The notes under the pieces: model-generated | Seen by the model: the letters and a program-made list of their open reading frames with translations, nothing else | Database searches by the model: none | Told to the model about the DNA's origin: nothing | Shown: piece by piece, positions 49,944 to 61,717 of the stretch | Numbering within the stretch: position 1 is the stretch's first letter | How the letters are laid out: each line of letters begins with the position of its first letter | Program-made: the position numbers and the translations under genes | DNA from: Synechococcus sp. | GTDB lineage: Bacteria; Cyanobacteriota; Cyanobacteriia; PCC-6307; Cyanobiaceae | DNA: 64,000 bases | NCBI GenBank assembly: GCA_047285805.1 | Contig: JBJBCN010000002.1 | Span: 352,001 to 416,000, forward strand | Direction of reading: 5' to 3'

Positions 49944-51437
49944 ATGGTTCGTCCGCGTTGGTTGTCTGTTCAGCAAACCGCCGCGGCGCGCAGCTGGTTG
50001 ATGTGGGATCGCTCTATTGCTCTTTGGGCAACCGTCAACTTGGTCTGGGTGGCCTTTGACATCACCTATGTCCCCTTTCGCACCTTCTGGCTGCAGCGGA
50101 ATCTGACGCCGATTCCCCAGGTGCCCCTGGTGGTTCCCCTCAAGGTGCTGCCAAACATCACTCCCCTCTATGACCCGCTGAAGGGCATTGAGCCCCACCG
50201 GGAGACCCAGGCCTACCTGCAGCACTTCGATCAATTGGATGCAGCCTTGTCGCAGGCCGCTCCGTTACCCGGCTCGGCTGTGCTGCGTCGCCAGCAGGTG
50301 CAGTTGACCGAGGCGATGATTAACGAGAACCCGTTTTCCGCATCAGGCAACAGCGGGACGCTCGAGAAGATCAAGAACCGCCTGCGCCATCGCGCTGGCT
50401 TGGATTCGGCGAAGCAGTCGGCGGAGCTCCTCCTCTCCGATCGCTGGTTGCAGAACCACACCTGGAAGGAGGAGCGCCGCTTCTGGCAGCAGCAGATATT
50501 GCCGCTGGTGGCGACCAGCTACTGGCGCTCCATCGATGAGAACGGCAGGCCGAGCGATCACTTCTGGCGTTACGACCTTCTGCTGTTCCAGAGCGTCTTT
50601 GCCTTTGACATCCTGCTGCGGATGTTGCGCCTGAGGCGCCGCTTCCCCGGTTTGAGCTGGCGCGATGCCTTACTTCGCCGTTGGATTGACCTACCCCTGC
50701 TGCTGCCGTTTTGGCGTTGGATGCGGCTTGCCCCGGTGGTGGAGCGTCTCAGTCAGACCGGCATGATCAACGTAGAGCCGCTCCGGGCGGTCATCAGCCG
50801 TGGTGTGGTCTCGCTGTTGGCTCTGGAGCTGTTTGAGGTGCTGGCCTTGCAGTTAGTCGATGGCACCCAGTCGCTGATCCGCTCCCCCCAGTGGCCGCGC
50901 ATGATTCGCAGTCTGCGCAGCCATCAGAGTGTCAGCGCCCTGCCGCCGCAGCTGGAGCAGCCAATGTTGGGCTTGCTGCAGCTCTGGGGGCCGATGGTCC
51001 TAGGCCAGGTCACCCCGCGGTTGACCCCAGAGCTCCAGTCCCTGTTGAGCCATGCCCTCGAACAGAGCCTGCGGGAGGTTCCCGGCGGAGCGGTGGTTCC
51101 TTCGGCTCTCGCCCGGCAGCTCACGGCCAGCATGGTCGAAACCGTTGTTGAGCTCTCCAGGACAACGGCCGATCGTTTGGCCCAAACTGACGACCGGCAA
51201 GCGGAGCTGCTTCAGCGTTTCGGTGATCGTTTTTGGGAGGAGTTGGCCGCGGCCCTGGAGCGCGGTGACACCCTGGAACGCAGCCAGGAGCTGCTCTGTG
51301 GTCTGCTGCAGCAGGTAAAACTGAACTACATCGCACAGGTCAACCGGGCTGGAATCGGAGCCCTGATGGAGGAGCTCGACGAATTGATGTCCCCTAGTGC
51401 TACTTCCCCAGAGCCGCCTGCCACTCCTCCGGCTTGA
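49944..51437 (+). CDS. Conserved hypothetical membrane protein
   Basis: 497-aa ORF with host-like codon usage and hydrophobic segments. Confidence 0.75.
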   Translation: MVRPRWLSVQQTAAARSWLMWDRSIALWATVNLVWVAFDITYVPFRTFWLQRNLTPIPQVPLVVPLKVLPNITPLYDPLKGIEPHRETQAYLQHFDQLDAALSQAAPLPGSAVLRRQQVQLTEAMINENPFSASGNSGTLEKIKNRLRHRAGLDSAKQSAELLLSDRWLQNHTWKEERRFWQQQILPLVATSYWRSIDENGRPSDHFWRYDLLLFQSVFAFDILLRMLRLRRRFPGLSWRDALLRRWIDLPLLLPFWRWMRLAPVVERLSQTGMINVEPLRAVISRGVVSLLALELFEVLALQLVDGTQSLIRSPQWPRMIRSLRSHQSVSALPPQLEQPMLGLLQLWGPMVLGQVTPRLTPELQSLLSHALEQSLREVPGGAVVPSALARQLTASMVETVVELSRTTADRLAQTDDRQAELLQRFGDRFWEELAAALERGDTLERSQELLCGLLQQVKLNYIAQVNRAGIGALMEELDELMSPSATSPEPPATPPA

Positions 51438-51777
51438 AGCCCACCAGGGCTGTGCCTGATGCGGTAATGGCGAAGGGGCGCTTTATCAGCTTCCCGTCGG
51501 CAGCAAGGGCCTCCAGGGCTTCTTCATCGCTGAGGGCAGCGACGGCGGCTGCCCCTAGGGCGCGGTAGCTCTGGCCACTGGTGTTGAAGAGGCGTTTGCG
51601 CCCCAAGTAGTTGAAGGCCAGCCGAACCTCCTCTAGAGCGGGGGGCTCCAGGCTGATGTCGATCAGCTCGAGGGTGCCCTCCCCAACAGAAAAACCATGC
51701 TGGTCAAGCCATTTCAGGGCTTTGCGACACGTTCCGCACTTGGGGTAACTGAAGAGCCGAAGTCGGCTGGTGCTCAC
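51400..51777 (-). CDS. ArsC/Spx/MgsR family protein
   Basis: YPKCGTCRKA, FNTSG, LIKRP. Confidence 0.9.
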   Translation of the reverse strand: MSTSRLRLFSYPKCGTCRKALKWLDQHGFSVGEGTLELIDISLEPPALEEVRLAFNYLGRKRLFNTSGQSYRALGAAAVAALSDEEALEALAADGKLIKRPFAITASGTALVGFKPEEWQAALGK

Positions 51778-52133
51778 TTGCCCAGCAGGTTCTTGATGGC
51801 GCCGACGAGGCTGTTGGAGCCGCTGCCGCTTCCGCCCTGGGGCCTGGTGCGAACGGTCACATCGCCGTTGACGCTGGTGCGGCAGCTCAGCCGGTAGTTG
51901 GCGGGACGGTCAGCCAGGTAGACCTGCTCGACGTCGCTGCGGGGGGACAGGTTTTGCATGCCTTCCACGACTTCAACGACGCAAGTGCCGCACTGACCAA
52001 CGCCACCACAGTTGTTGAGGTTGCTCAGACCGCCGTAGGGGTTGACCCCTGCATCTACAGCTGCCTTGCGGAGGTTGGCCCCTTCAATGCAACCGACCTG
52101 CTGGCCTTCCTGTTCAAAACGGATGGTGGGCAC
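51774..52133 (-). CDS. 2Fe-2S ferredoxin
   Basis: CGGVGQCGTC...RLSC; GTG start (MPTIRF). Confidence 0.9.
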   Translation of the reverse strand: MPTIRFEQEGQQVGCIEGANLRKAAVDAGVNPYGGLSNLNNCGGVGQCGTCVVEVVEGMQNLSPRSDVEQVYLADRPANYRLSCRTSVNGDVTVRTRPQGGSGSGSNSLVGAIKNLLGK

Positions 52134-52259
52134 GGTCGGACGGGGATCTTCGGCGCCGACAAACTTACCTGGCCGGCGCCGATCGTTGACGTTTTTTGCT
52201 TTGGCTGACACTAAATGCAGCGTCCTGACGGCCTGAATTGGGCTGCCTAGGATTGATTT

Positions 52260-52943
52260 TTGTCGACTGAAACGGTGCATCCATCGGGTTACGACCGTCT
52301 CCAGAGCCAGGTCATTCCTGGCTACGGAAGCTTGGCCCGGCTGGCGGTAGCCCTCCTCAGCTGTTCATCCCAAGCTGAGAGGCAGGGTTCGTCTGTCCTG
52401 GTGGTGGGCTGCGGCACTGGTGCAGAACTGCTGGAGGCGGTGGCCCAGCGACCCGATTGGCAGCTCACAGCCCTGGATCCGAGTAACGAGATGCTCAGAG
52501 CCTCGCGCGAGCGGCTCGCCGACGTTCCCTCGATTCGTTGGCATCAGGCCACCGTTGAGGACTTTGTTGCCGGGGAGGCCGCGGCTGGTGGCTTCAGCGG
52601 TGCTCTCTCGGTTCTGGTGCTTCAATCCCTGCCCGATGACGGCAGCAAACTGGCCTATCTCAGTGCCCTGGCGAAGTGTCTGCAGCCCGGGGCTCAATTG
52701 GTCTTGGTTGATCTGATGCGCAGCTCCCTGACCTCCCTGCAGCCCCAGATCGAGGCGGCTTGGGAGGGCTTTCAGCGGGCTAGTGGCTTGGAGGTGACCC
52801 AAGATCAGTTGCCGTCCGTGAGCCTGCATCCGATTGGTCTGGCCCGTCTCACCAGCTTGGTGAATGCGGCCGGCTTCGGCGATCCGGCGAGGGTCTTTCA
52901 AGCCTTGGGATTTGAGGGCTTCTTGCTGCAGCGTCAGGGTTAG
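52260..52943 (+). CDS. Class I SAM-dependent methyltransferase
   Basis: [18 protein letters not shown]. Confidence 0.85.
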   Translation: MSTETVHPSGYDRLQSQVIPGYGSLARLAVALLSCSSQAERQGSSVLVVGCGTGAELLEAVAQRPDWQLTALDPSNEMLRASRERLADVPSIRWHQATVEDFVAGEAAAGGFSGALSVLVLQSLPDDGSKLAYLSALAKCLQPGAQLVLVDLMRSSLTSLQPQIEAAWEGFQRASGLEVTQDQLPSVSLHPIGLARLTSLVNAAGFGDPARVFQALGFEGFLLQRQG

Positions 52944-53455
52944 GCCTGTTGGGCAGCCTTGCTGCAGCGCTCAATCAGCGCTGGGACGGCGTCCACATCC
53001 AACCAATCGAGGATCTCAACGACCCGTCCTTCCATGCTCTTGTAGGTCCGGAAGAACTCGGCGACCTCCTCAAGCTGGACCGGAGCGATCTGGCGAATGC
53101 TCTTGATTCCCCGTTGATTGGGATCCGCGGCTGGAACGCAGAGGAGCTTGCCGTCATTGGCCCCCTCATCCAGCATGTCCAAGATGCCAATCGGACGGGC
53201 TTCGATCAGGCAGCCCGCAAAGGTTGGCTCGTGCATGATCACCATCGCGTCGAGGGGTGCTCCGTCCTCCGCCAGGGTGTTAGGGACAAACCCGTAATCG
53301 AAGGGATAGCGAACCGAGGAGTGGAGGACCCGATCAAGGGCCATTACTCCGGCGCCCGCGTTGAATTCATATTTATTGCGGCTGCCAGCCGGAATCTCCA
53401 CCACTAGGTTCACCAGCCCTGGCTGCGGGGAGGCCTGCAGACTGCGCAAGTCCAT
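52940..53455 (-). CDS. ppa: Inorganic pyrophosphatase
   Basis: EIP.GS.NKYE, YPFDYG, DGAPLD. Confidence 0.95.
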   Translation of the reverse strand: MDLRSLQASPQPGLVNLVVEIPAGSRNKYEFNAGAGVMALDRVLHSSVRYPFDYGFVPNTLAEDGAPLDAMVIMHEPTFAGCLIEARPIGILDMLDEGANDGKLLCVPAADPNQRGIKSIRQIAPVQLEEVAEFFRTYKSMEGRVVEILDWLDVDAVPALIERCSKAAQQA

Positions 53456-53744
53456 GGCTGGGGTGCTCAATCACGCGGGAGGGGGGAGCCGCCACGACAG
53501 GCTGGTTCGGTCGATTACCAAGGACGCTGGCCAGTGGAATGACCATCGTGCAGATCGCGACCACGAAGCCCAGGAGAGGGGCGACCGTGTCGTAAATCGG
53601 GCTGGAACTGAAGGGTTCCTCGCTCGATTCACTAGGTATAGAGGTGGATCTGCTGCTGGCGGCTTGGGGCGGAGCTGGGGGACGTTCCGCTGGGGAGCTC
53701 GCTAGGGCGGATCCTCTGGTTCGGGGAGGGGGGTCTGAGTCCAT
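53373..53744 (-). CDS. Hypothetical small membrane protein
   Basis: One TM segment ([20 protein letters not shown]); the 3' end overlaps ppa. Confidence 0.4.
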   Translation of the reverse strand: MDSDPPPRTRGSALASSPAERPPAPPQAASSRSTSIPSESSEEPFSSSPIYDTVAPLLGFVVAICTMVIPLASVLGNRPNQPVVAAPPSRVIEHPSHGLAQSAGLPAARAGEPSGGDSGWQPQ

Positions 53745-53824
53745 TCAGGGGGTTAATGAAAACCCTCGGTACAGATTAGTAATTGCATCCTGACATCCAG
53801 ACCGTTGGGTGTCAGGTGTGCTGG

Positions 53825-54271
53825 CTACGCCGCAGGGCGTTCTTGCTCGTGCTGGTCGCGCCGGCTGTCGAGGGTGGTAGGGCTGATGTTGCTGGAATCA
53901 AGCAGCTCACGAATGCCCCGCAGTTCATCGAGGATGGATCCCAAAAGCTGTTGGGTTGCTGTCGAGGGGGAATTCAGCACCTCAACGGTGACTTCCTTGA
54001 TCCGCAGGACATCACGGGCGAAACGAGCCACCTCGTTGGGGTGGAACATCAGAGGTTCCTTTTGGTCACTCCGGTACTCGGGATTGAGCTTGCGGGGATT
54101 GAAAGGGGGGTTGAGATTGCGGGGGTCGGTGTTGGTGTAGCGGTAGACCGAGGCGCGCGAACGATTCAGGGAGCGCTGAACCTCATCGATACCGATCAGG
54201 TTTTCCGACTGCTCAGAGGTGTTGGCTGCACCTTCGGCGTTGCCTTCGATTGCAGCTGCTGCGTTCGCCAT
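53825..54271 (-). CDS. Conserved cyanobacterial HTH-like protein
   Basis: LIGIDEVQRSLNRSRASVYRYTNT. Confidence 0.75.
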   Translation of the reverse strand: MANAAAAIEGNAEGAANTSEQSENLIGIDEVQRSLNRSRASVYRYTNTDPRNLNPPFNPRKLNPEYRSDQKEPLMFHPNEVARFARDVLRIKEVTVEVLNSPSTATQQLLGSILDELRGIRELLDSSNISPTTLDSRRDQHEQERPAA

Positions 54272-54512
54272 GGCTTGACCCATTCCTGCTGAGAACGAAT
54301 GGGGGGCCATGAGACGTACTTGCGACAAATTGGAATTGAATGGAAGTTAGCAGGCTTTCCTCTCTGCAACTGAAATTTTTTCTTGATTCCAGCCGCGCTT
54401 GTGGCGCTTTTTCAAGCGGGTGCGACGGAGGGCTGCGCTGGTCCTCCGTCGCTGAACCGGCCCTCGCGCGAGCAGGTGATAGCTTCCGGCCTCGTTCCCC
54501 CCTCTCGATCCG

Positions 54513-56339
54513 ATGCGCGTCTCCCGCCTGATGCTGGTGACGCTGCGGGACGACCCCGCCGAGGCTGAGATTGCTTCCCACAAATTGCTGCTTCGTGCCG
54601 GATACATCCGGCGGGTCGGCAGTGGTATTTATGCCTATTTGCCCCTCCTCTGGCGCGTCCTTCAGAAGATCTCTGCTGTTGTTCGCGAGGAGCTCAATGC
54701 TGCCGGGGCCTTGGAGACGCTCCTGCCCCAGCTTCAGCCAGCGGAACTATGGCAGCGCAGCGGCCGTTGGGCGGGCTATACCGACGGCGAGGGGATCATG
54801 TTTCACCTCGAGGACCGACAAGAGCGTGAGCTGGGCCTGGGTCCGACCCACGAGGAGGTGATCACCGCACTAGCTGGTGATCTGCTGCGCTCCTACAAGC
54901 AGCTTCCGGTGAACCTGTATCAGGTTCAGACCAAGTTTCGCGATGAGATTCGTCCCCGCTTTGGCCTGATGCGCGGGCGTGAATTCATCATGAAGGACGC
55001 CTATTCCTTCCATGCCAATGAGGACTGCCTCAAGCAGACCTATGGCCAGATGGATCAGGCCTACCGCCGCATTTTTCAGCGTTGCGGCCTGCGGGCCGTG
55101 GCCGTTGAGGCCGACAGTGGTCCGATCGGTGGCTCCGCGAGCCAAGAGTTCATGGTCACGGCGGACTCGGGTGAGGATCTGATCCTGGCGGCAGGCGACG
55201 GTCGCTACGCCGCCAATCAGGAGCGGGCCATCTCCCTGGCCCCCGAGGCACAACCTCTGGTGTCGGCATCGCCAGTGGAGCGAATCCAGACCCCTGGACA
55301 ATCCAGCATTGAGTCCCTCTGCGAGGCCCAGGGTTGGCATGCCACGCAAGTTCTCAAGGTTCTGCTGTTGCTGGCCAGGTTTGAGGATGGGTTGCAGCAG
55401 CCCGTCCTCGTTAGCTTGCGTGGTGATCAGCAGCTCAATGACGTGAAGTTGAGCAATGCCCTGAGCCGACGCCTCTCCGCCGAGCACGGCACCCTCCTGG
55501 ACGTGCAGCCGTTGCTGCCCGATGAGGCGGCCAAGCAGGGCCTGCAGACCATTCCGTTTGGATTCCTCGGCCCAGATCTCAGCGATGCGGTGCTCTCCGG
55601 GGCCAAGTCTTGGGCTCCGCGATTTGAGCGGTTGGCCGATGCCACCGCCACGGATTTGGCTTCCTTTATCTGTGGCGGCAACCACCGCGATGAGCACTGC
55701 CTCGGAGCCCGTTGGCAGGACTGTGGTGGCGACCTGGTCCCGGAGGACCTGCGCTGCGCTCAGTCCGGTGATCGCTGTGTGCACGACCCCAGCCAAATCC
55801 TGGAGGCCAGTCGAGGCATTGAGGTGGGTCACATCTTCCAGCTTGGTCGGAAGTACTCGACGGCCCTGGGCGCCACATTCACCAACGATTCCGGCGCGGA
55901 GGAGCCGCTCTGGATGGGCTGCTACGGCATTGGTGTTTCCCGATTGGCCCAAGCCGCGGTGGAGCAGCACCACGACGCCAGTGGCATCTGTTGGCCGACG
56001 GCGATTGCTCCCTTCGAGGTGATCGTGCTGATCGCCAACGTCAAGGAGGCCGCCCAGGTCGAGCTGGCGGAGCGCCTCTATGGCCAGCTCCACTCCGCCG
56101 GTGTTGATGTGCTTCTCGACGATCGCCCTGAGCGGGCAGGCGTCAAATTCAAGGACTCAGACCTGCTGGGGATCCCCTGGCGTGTTGTTGTGGGTCGCGG
56201 TGCGGCCGATGGAGAGGTAGAGCTCGTCCAGCGCTCCACAGGGGATAAGCAAGATCTCTCGGCCGATGTCCTGGAGAGCACGCTGCTGGCCCAGCTCCAA
56301 CTGGAGCGTCAAGGGCTTCTTGCGGTGGAGGCCCCCTAG
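54513..56339 (+). CDS. proS: Proline--tRNA ligase
   Basis: GPTHEE, FRDEIRPRFGLMRGREF, GIEVGHIF, GCYGIGVSR. Confidence 0.97.
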   Translation: MRVSRLMLVTLRDDPAEAEIASHKLLLRAGYIRRVGSGIYAYLPLLWRVLQKISAVVREELNAAGALETLLPQLQPAELWQRSGRWAGYTDGEGIMFHLEDRQERELGLGPTHEEVITALAGDLLRSYKQLPVNLYQVQTKFRDEIRPRFGLMRGREFIMKDAYSFHANEDCLKQTYGQMDQAYRRIFQRCGLRAVAVEADSGPIGGSASQEFMVTADSGEDLILAAGDGRYAANQERAISLAPEAQPLVSASPVERIQTPGQSSIESLCEAQGWHATQVLKVLLLLARFEDGLQQPVLVSLRGDQQLNDVKLSNALSRRLSAEHGTLLDVQPLLPDEAAKQGLQTIPFGFLGPDLSDAVLSGAKSWAPRFERLADATATDLASFICGGNHRDEHCLGARWQDCGGDLVPEDLRCAQSGDRCVHDPSQILEASRGIEVGHIFQLGRKYSTALGATFTNDSGAEEPLWMGCYGIGVSRLAQAAVEQHHDASGICWPTAIAPFEVIVLIANVKEAAQVELAERLYGQLHSAGVDVLLDDRPERAGVKFKDSDLLGIPWRVVVGRGAADGEVELVQRSTGDKQDLSADVLESTLLAQLQLERQGLLAVEAP

Positions 56340-56367
56340 GATCCCGCTCTAATTGAATCTGAGACCG

Positions 56368-56778
56368 ATGGCAGCTGGTTGGCGTCGAATCAAAGCAGCC
56401 TTGCTGGCTGTCTGCCTGGGCCTGACCCTGTTGGTCACGGCTTGCTCCGGTAGCGGTGGTCCCCTCACGGGCAACTACGTCGAAGACACCGTCACGGTTG
56501 CGGATCAACTCATCGCCACCATCTCCATCGCTGCCGATGATCCGGGCCGCAGCGAGGCGGAGACCTCGGCTCGGGCCCTAATCAATGACTACATGGCCCG
56601 TTACCGCCCACAGCCCAAGTTCAATGGTCTGGCGTCCTTCACCACGATGCAGACGGCCCTGAATTCCCTGGCGGGCCACTACGCAAACTACCCGAACCGC
56701 CCCGTTCCCGATGCGCTGAAGGATCGCTTGAACAAGGAACTCAAGAAGGCCGAAACCGGTGTCGTTCGCGGCGCTTGA
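56368..56778 (+). CDS. psb27: Photosystem II assembly lipoprotein Psb27
   Basis: Lipobox VTAC, LTGNYVEDT, SFTTMQTALNSLAGHY. Confidence 0.93.
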   Translation: MAAGWRRIKAALLAVCLGLTLLVTACSGSGGPLTGNYVEDTVTVADQLIATISIAADDPGRSEAETSARALINDYMARYRPQPKFNGLASFTTMQTALNSLAGHYANYPNRPVPDALKDRLNKELKKAETGVVRGA

Positions 56779-56804
56779 TTGAGGCCCGTCGACTCGTTCG
56801 ACGC

Positions 56805-56831
56805 AAAAGCGGCCCATTTGGGCCGCTTTTT
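56805..56831. terminator. Intrinsic terminator, possibly bidirectional
   Basis: AAAAGCGGCCC-attt-GGGCCGCTTTTT. Confidence 0.85.
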
Positions 56832-56902
56832 CTATCAACACACTTTTGTGATTGTTTTGACGGAGGGTCACCCCATCTGAGATCCTTGATCCTTGTGCTT
56901 AG

Positions 56903-58240
<1,338 letters not shown>

Positions 58241-58245
58241 TTCCC

Positions 58246-59241
58246 ATGCCTGAACAGAAGACCCTGGACGTTGTCGGCATCGGCAACGCCATTGTTGATG
58301 TGCTCGTCCAGGCCGACGATGATGTCATCGAAGGCTTTGGCCTGACCAAGGGGACGATGGCCCTGATCGATCTGGACCAGGCCGAGACCCTCTACGCCAA
58401 GTTGGGCCCAGGTCTGGAAACTTCGGGGGGTTCCGCCGCGAACACCCTGGCCGGGATTGCCCAATTGGGAGGTCGTGCCGGATTCATCGGCCGCGTTCAC
58501 GACGACCAACTCGGCTCGATCTTTGCCCACGACATCCGTGCGGTCGGTACCCGCTACGAGACCCCCGCCGCGACGACGGGTGCCTCCACCGCCCGTTGCC
58601 TCATCCTGGTTTCGCCCGATGCACAGCGCACGATGTGCACCTATCTGGGCGCTTCAGTCGGTCTCGATCCCAGTGATCTCAACCTGGACATGGTGGCCCA
58701 GGCCAAGGTGCTGTACCTCGAGGGCTACCTTTGGGATAGCGACGCGGCCAAGGCGGCGTTTCTCGCGGCCGCCAAGGTTGCCAAGGAGAACGGGGCTGAG
58801 GTGGCCCTGAGCCTCTCGGATGCCTTCTGTGTTGAACGCCATCGCGACAGCTTTTTGGAGCTGGTCGATGGTCACGTCGACATCCTCTTTGCCAATGAGA
58901 TGGAGATCACCTCCCTCTACAAGGCCAACAGTTTTGAGGAGGCAGTCCAGGCGGTGCGTGGCCAGTGCCGCATCGCGGCCCTGACCCGCAGTGAGCAAGG
59001 GTCCGTTGTTCTCAGTGGCGATCAGTCCATCGCGATCCAGCCCTTCAACCTTGGCGCGCTGCTGGACACCACCGGTGCCGGTGATCTCTATGCCGGTGGT
59101 TTCCTGCACGCCTACACCCAAGGCGAGTCTCTGGAGCGTTGCGGCCAGCTTGCTTCCCTCTGTGCCGGTCAGGTGGTGACCCAGCTGGGTCCCCGTTCCC
59201 AGGTGGACCTCAAGGCCCTCGCTCAGATCCATCTCAGCTGA
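58246..59241 (+). CDS. PfkB family (adenosine) kinase
   Basis: GGSAAN, DTTGAGD. Confidence 0.9.
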   Translation: MPEQKTLDVVGIGNAIVDVLVQADDDVIEGFGLTKGTMALIDLDQAETLYAKLGPGLETSGGSAANTLAGIAQLGGRAGFIGRVHDDQLGSIFAHDIRAVGTRYETPAATTGASTARCLILVSPDAQRTMCTYLGASVGLDPSDLNLDMVAQAKVLYLEGYLWDSDAAKAAFLAAAKVAKENGAEVALSLSDAFCVERHRDSFLELVDGHVDILFANEMEITSLYKANSFEEAVQAVRGQCRIAALTRSEQGSVVLSGDQSIAIQPFNLGALLDTTGAGDLYAGGFLHAYTQGESLERCGQLASLCAGQVVTQLGPRSQVDLKALAQIHLS

Positions 59242-59548
59242 GAACGGATCGGGCCCAATTGGCGTAATCATTGCTGGCCTTGGCTGGCCAGCAGAGGAAT
59301 TCTGGGGTCTCGTAGCTGTGGTGCGCCCGCACCGCAGCCTCCAGGGCCTCCTGTTGGTCGGGACGGGCCTTCATCAGAAGCTGGACCTCCTCGCTGGCTT
59401 CAATCTGGTCTTCCCACCAGTAGAGGGCCCGTTGGGGTTGCAGCGCGACGCAGGCGGCGAGGCCTTGCTCGAGCAACGTCCGGGCGAGCGCTTCGGCTTG
59501 CTCTTGGCTGGCCTCAGTCGTGAGAGCCAGGATCAACGCTTCACTCAT
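59234..59548 (-). CDS. cutA: Divalent-cation tolerance protein CutA
   Basis: LAACV, YWWE, HSYETPE. Confidence 0.9.
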   Translation of the reverse strand: MSEALILALTTEASQEQAEALARTLLEQGLAACVALQPQRALYWWEDQIEASEEVQLLMKARPDQQEALEAAVRAHHSYETPEFLCWPAKASNDYANWARSVLS

Positions 59549-60356
59549 TAGGTCCCTTCGGCTCCCCAACCTGGCGCAGGATCGCCTCCCGGGTGAGGCC
59601 CTTCTCGGCAGCGTCTGTTGGCGGTTTGATCTGTATCAAGCGCAGGCCCAGCTCCTGACTGAGGGATTGCCAGATCTTCTGGGTCAGCCCTCCGGACTGC
59701 CTGCAGAGCACTGCGCTGACTCTCCAGCGCCGGCAGAGCGCGCGCTCAATGGCCCCCTCCGGGAGAAGTCCTGGCCTGACGCAGGCGAGCTGCTCCGGCG
59801 GTAAGCCTGCGGCGAGGGCGAGGCGCAGGCTCTCCGGGTTGTCGAGGACCCGGGCGAAGTGCTGCGAGGCGGAGCTGAAGCGCAAGGCCGTGGCCAGATG
59901 CCGTGAGCCAATCGCCAGCAGCAGCAGCTCGCCTGAGAGCGGCAGGCCTTGCAGCTCCTCGAGCTGGTTGATGCTCGCGCTGGAGCCGTCGAAGGAGGCA
60001 TCCCGTTGGAGCCGGAGTAGCGGCTGGCGTTGGGCGTGGCAGCAGCGCTGTAGCCGGCTGCTGATCACCGCTGCAAAGGGGTGGGTGGCATCGATGACCC
60101 AGCGCGGCCTGTGGCGTTGCAGCAGCAGATCGACGTCCTCGGCGCTTTGGAGTGCCCCCACCTGAAAGTGGAGAGCAGGGTCTGTGCGGTAGGTCCGAGT
60201 GGCTGCCTCGCTGACCACGCTCACAAGGACTGACCAGCCACGCTCCAGCAGGGACTGGGCCAGGCGCGGCCCATCGCCGGTGCCGGAGACCAACAAAATC
60301 GTCTTGGCCGCGTCAGAGGTCGAGGAATCCCCCTGGTGAAATTCCAGACGTTGCAT
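59541..60356 (-). CDS. cobK: Precorrin-6A/cobalt-precorrin-6A reductase
   Basis: SGTGDG, VIDATHPFA, RQSGG. Confidence 0.9.
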   Translation of the reverse strand: MQRLEFHQGDSSTSDAAKTILLVSGTGDGPRLAQSLLERGWSVLVSVVSEAATRTYRTDPALHFQVGALQSAEDVDLLLQRHRPRWVIDATHPFAAVISSRLQRCCHAQRQPLLRLQRDASFDGSSASINQLEELQGLPLSGELLLLAIGSRHLATALRFSSASQHFARVLDNPESLRLALAAGLPPEQLACVRPGLLPEGAIERALCRRWRVSAVLCRQSGGLTQKIWQSLSQELGLRLIQIKPPTDAAEKGLTREAILRQVGEPKGPNE

Positions 60357-60376
60357 CAGGATATGGCCCTCTGTCC

Positions 60377-60865
60377 ATGAGCGTTCCTGTGAACCATTGC
60401 TTGCTGGAGGTAGAGGTGCTGGAGGCGCCTCAGGTGCGCTACACCCAGGACAACCAAACTCCAGTGGCGGAGATGGCCGTTCAATTCGATGGCCTGCGTC
60501 CTGATGATCCCGCGGGTCAGCTCAAGGTGGTCGGCTGGGGAAGTCTTGCTCAGGACCTTCAGAACCGGGTTCAGGTTGGTCAGCGTCTAATGGTCGAGGG
60601 CCGTTTGCGCATGAACACCGTGAGCCGTCAGGACGGTGTGAAGGAGAAGCGCGCTGAATTCACCCTCTCCCGTCTGCATCCTCTGAGTGTTGCTGCTGCC
60701 CGTCCCGCATCCCCAGCGCCGGGCTCCTCGGCCCCTGCTCCGGTTCGTGCGGCGGCTCCGGCTCCCGTTGCGGTGGCCGCTGCAGCCCAACAGCAACCCC
60801 CTACCTGGAACGCGTCGCCCCTGGTGCCCGACCTGCCCGAGGGTGAGGACGAGATTCCGTTCTGA
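60377..60865 (+). CDS. ssb: Single-stranded DNA-binding protein (cyanobacterial paralog)
   Basis: OB fold (RYTQDNQTPVAE...VEGRL) and acidic DEIPF tail. Confidence 0.85.
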   Translation: MSVPVNHCLLEVEVLEAPQVRYTQDNQTPVAEMAVQFDGLRPDDPAGQLKVVGWGSLAQDLQNRVQVGQRLMVEGRLRMNTVSRQDGVKEKRAEFTLSRLHPLSVAAARPASPAPGSSAPAPVRAAAPAPVAVAAAAQQQPPTWNASPLVPDLPEGEDEIPF

Positions 60866-60887
60866 CCACCTGACTCGATGAGTGGGC

Positions 60888-61067
60888 TCAGTTGCTCGGA
60901 CTGATCAACTCTTCGGCCTGCTCGAGCAGTTGACCCAGTTCACGCTCAAGGGCGGCCAAATCCAAACGCAGCTCGGGCCAGCGCCCCTGATCCAGTTGCT
61001 GCAGCAACCAAAGCCGGTCCCGCTGCATCTCCTCAATCAACTCCTCTGTGCTGGGGGCATCATGCAC
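60888..61067 (-). CDS. Small conserved hypothetical protein
   Basis: DRLWLLQQLDQGRWPELRLDLAALERE; start uncertain. Confidence 0.55.
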   Translation of the reverse strand: MHDAPSTEELIEEMQRDRLWLLQQLDQGRWPELRLDLAALERELGQLLEQAEELISPSN

Positions 61068-61107
61068 AGGGTTTGGCTGTTGCCCCCCGTTGACCGAAGA
61101 TGCCCGC

Positions 61108-61650
61108 ATGCTCGCAATCGCTTCCCCCGGCAGCCTAGTCACCTTGGCTGGTGCTGCTCTCTCGGTTATTGGCTGGGTTGGCTATGCCACCTCCAATCCG
61201 AACCTCAGCCTACCGACGATTTTTTACGGCATCCCCATCCTCTTGGGGGGATTGGCCCTCAAGTCCTCGGAGCTCCCCCCTGCAGAGTTGCTGCCGGCCC
61301 AGGCCGATGCCGTCGCCCTCCGGGAGGAGGCATCCAGCAAGACCCTGCGGAAGTTGGTGAAAGATGTGACCCGCTGGCGCTATGGCCAGAAGGCACACCT
61401 CGAGAGCTCCCTGGAGGCCCTGAAGCTCTGGGACGAAGATCAACCGCCCCAGCTGATCAGCGTTGCTGAGAGGGCCGTGGATGGTCGCTACGCCGTGACC
61501 ATTCGTTTCCGTTGTGAGGGCGTTCCCTTTGCCCGATGGCAGGAGAAGCAGGACCGTCTGGGCCGCTTCTTTGACCGTGGCCTGCGCGCCGAGCTTAGTG
61601 AGCCCAGCAGCGGCGAGGTCTTGCTTGAGTTGTTGCCCGCTGCTGGCTAA
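61108..61650 (+). CDS. DUF2854-like membrane protein
   Basis: FYGIPILLGGLALKSSEL and DVTRWRYGQKAHL. Confidence 0.8.
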   Translation: MLAIASPGSLVTLAGAALSVIGWVGYATSNPNLSLPTIFYGIPILLGGLALKSSELPPAELLPAQADAVALREEASSKTLRKLVKDVTRWRYGQKAHLESSLEALKLWDEDQPPQLISVAERAVDGRYAVTIRFRCEGVPFARWQEKQDRLGRFFDRGLRAELSEPSSGEVLLELLPAAG

Positions 61651-61717
61651 ACCTTGAGCATTGCCGGTGGGTTGTGTCCCATTGCTTTGCCCCCATTGTT
61701 CGATCTTCGTCCCTCCC

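Noticed and set aside
53825..54271. HTH-like ORF as part of a second mobile element
   Set aside because: It has no recombinase catalytic motif and sits among core genes (ppa, proS) with no boundary signals.
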